Positions 61,501 to 64,000 of a stretch of 64,000 bases of DNA are shown here, piece by piece. This stretch comes from Azolla caroliniana (taxonomy: Eukaryota > Plantae > Polypodiophyta): assembly GCA_043228905.1 (NCBI GenBank), contig JBHGNT010000015.1, positions 17,112,001-17,176,000 of the forward strand, read 5' to 3'. Made by a program: the position numbers and the translations under genes. The notes beneath the pieces were generated by a model that did not search any database, had not been told where the DNA came from, and worked only from the letters and a program-made list of their open reading frames with translations. Within the stretch, counting starts at the first letter, position 1. Each line of letters starts with the position of its first letter.

Positions 61501-64000
61501 AAACCATGCCGCCCTCGTTTTCGAACCTCGCCCTTGAAAGCATGTCGGCCATGGCATTATCTTTCCCGGAAATGTGTCGTATTTCCGGATTCAAGGACTT
61601 GATGTATGCTATCCACCTGAGCATTGCCAGGTCCGGCGTCGTGCATCCGGAAACCATGCCAAGAATTGGTAGGCAGTCCGTCCCGATAATTACCTTTGTC
61701 CCGATCAGGTAGTCTTTATCGGCCTTTACTGCCGAAACGACACCCCAGAGCTCACATTTAACCTGGGCGTATCCTCGCTGTCGCTCGCTAAGGACCTTCG
61801 CGCCGAACCAGATCGGGAAACGCATGCAGTCCTCGTCCTCTTGGTTGACGACCCATCCGATCCCAGTCGGACTCGTGTCTACCGTTACGTAAATTGGAGT
61901 GTCCTTTCCGTAGACAGCCTTTCGGAGTGCCGGAGCTGCGGCAAGTGCTTCCTTCATCTTTCGGACAGACTCCGTATGCTCGTCTCTCCACTCGAATTTT
62001 CACCCCTTTTTCAGCAACCCGTATAACGGCTCCGCGACGTGGGCGTAATACGGGATCCATATGTGGTAGAACGCGCATGCTCCCAAGAACTTCCGAACCT
62101 CCGTGACCGAGCTACAGTCGTGCTTCATCGCGGAGATGGCTTCTACCTTAGCCGGAGACGGTTTCCGGCCGTACGACCCGCATAGGTGTCCGACGACCAT
62201 GATCTCTGATTGCCCGAAGGCCGATTTTTCCCCGGAGAAGGTGAGCCTCGCGCCCTCTAACCTCTGCAACACCTTCTCGCAGTCATCGATGTGCGTCGCC
62301 ACGAATTTCCGGCACCCATCCGGTCCGATCGTCTCATCCTTTTCCTCCACAGGGCATCCCTTGATTGGGACGTCGTCCAAAAACGGCATGGTGATGTCCA
62401 GGATACAATCCCTCAGCACCTTGTTCATTGCGTTCACCATGTGAGCCACCGAGTTCGTCCCTCCTTGCGGTAGGGTAGACATCCGTACTAGGCCGAGAGG
62501 AGTTCGCATTGTCGTGATGTCTCTGCTCTCTATGGCTAGCTGAAACTGATCGTATCCCGAATAGAGATCACCGACCGAGTAAATCGACCTTCTGGCGAAG
62601 GCCTCCGCGAACTCGTCTATTGTCAGTCCGATTCCTGCATTTCGAATGGTCACCTTGTTGACTGGTTGCAGGTCTTGAATAAAGCGCAGCGTGCCGTTCT
62701 TCTTTGGCACGGTAAACCACCGATTCGAGTATGGGGCACTCGACGGTTCGAGGATGCCCATCTCGACCTTCCGCTTTAATAGCTCCATCAGCTTCGGGAT
62801 GTGAGCTCTGGGTACTGGAATCGGTTTGAGACTCCACGGCACATGCGGTACAGTGAATATCACCATCGGTTCCACAACTATCGGGTCTACGCACCCAATC
62901 TCCTCCGGTGAGAATGCGAAAGCCTTCCCGTGCCTTCCGAGCATTCCCCGAAACCGGTCCTCTTCCGCCAGCAGTAGGAAGCCGCCCCCACCGATTTTGA
63001 GCTCTCGTAGCGTTATGTTGGTGAACGTGTGTCCTATGCGGGCCGGATTTCGTAAACTCGGGTCCGACGCAACCCCCTTTATTCGCAACTCGCTGCCCTC
63101 CGGCAAGGGAGCCGCGACTGGCCTCACCTTCCGGTCCACAATCTTGTACCTCGTGTCCACCCAGGCCGTCCGATCCGACTCGAGCCCTCTACTGAAGTTC
63201 GCGATGACTTTGTACATCCTTTTTGAACATACCGGAATCGTCCGGTCCTCTTTAAGGACTCCTCCGACTACCTTTCGCAGCTCCCCCAAGGTATCGTCGA
63301 AAGAGACTGCCTCCACGGCTCCGTTGATTTCCTCTCTAGGGCCGAGGATACCACATGCCTCAGGCCATCCGATCCGACTCAAGCCCTCTACTGAAGTTCG
63401 CGATGACTTCGTACATCCTTTCTGAACATACCGGAATCGTCTGGTCCTCTTTAAGGACTCCTCCGACTACCTTTCGCAGCTCCCCCAAGGTATCGTCGAA
63501 AGAGACTGCCTCCACGGCTCCGTTGATTTCCTCTCTAGGGCCGAGGATACCACATGCCCGAAGTCGCTCCTCCACCCTTTTCTTCTTCAGGCCAACGATG
63601 TCGCCTATCGTACACCCTCCGTTGTCAAAGAACCAAAATTTCCTACTTATAGTACAGGTCTTCTTCGCTATCGTACAGTTGTGGGGTTTTCCCGGAGTGT
63701 CCGGACTATCGCAGCCCCACGCCTTGATAGCCCTCTCTAAAAATCCTCTCGGCTTTCGCCCCCGAGGATCTCGCGGTTCCGCTCATGGTTCGGTCTCACC
63801 GTTAGGAACTGGACCGAGTGACGCCCATCCTGGCTCTTGACCCTTGCATAGGCCGAGCCGTTGTCCAGCACCTTGGTCTCGATCCGTGCTGTCGTGATGT
63901 ACGGTTCTCCTAGTATAACCGGATGTGAGGACGTCTCCTGCACGAAGAAGTGCTGGTCAATCTCGACATCGCCGATCTTTACTCGTACATTCGGGCAGGC
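58578..64000 (-). mobile_element. tRNA-Trp-family Gypsy, copy B: 3' LTR 58578-59244, INT, RH, RT, PR end; runs off the window
   Basis: Closely similar to copy A; MPFLDDVPIKG RT motif; G-rich tract before the LTR; interrupted by a solo LTR and a 199-bp duplication. Confidence 0.93.
60454..61211 (-). repeat. Copia-type solo LTR with about four 60-bp tandem repeats (~60905-61135)
   Basis: TGATGGGA...TCCCAACA flanked by TSD TGTTC; the integrase sequence resumes on both sides. Confidence 0.92.

Noticed and set aside
52731-63840. Numerous long + strand ORFs
   Set aside because: Antisense shadows of GC-rich gag-pol on the minus strand.

Overview
This window is almost entirely nested, decaying transposon DNA from a repeat-rich land-plant genome, probably a fern or other seed-free plant (inferred from a PLS-class PPR fragment and a self-priming Tcn1-type chromovirus). 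I found no intact host protein gene. Two Ty3/Gypsy chromoviruses are full length with TSDs (8388-15681, tRNA-Met primed; 25981-31654, Tf1-style self-primed). An Athila/Tat-like element contributes its 3' end, with a ~1000-codon extra ORF (1-4788). A tRNA-Trp-primed non-chromovirus Gypsy family is present as three internal copies plus several LTRs. There are also at least five Ty1/Copia fragments, solo LTRs, two LINE remnants, a tRNA-derived SINE, a hAT-type MITE, a foldback element and a tRNA-Glu(CTC) pseudogene. The most unusual signals are: (1) a tRNA-Arg 3'-end copy (inverted PBS) where the polypurine tract should be; (2) the Trp-primed family's apparent 4-bp RCGY target preference, including insertion ~15 bp inside its own LTR ends; (3) that family's conserved -1 frameshift signal placed after the protease; (4) tRNA-like A/B boxes inside the U3 of two unrelated LTR families. 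All calls were made by eye. Boundaries without a TSD are approximate, and lineage names are unverified by database search.
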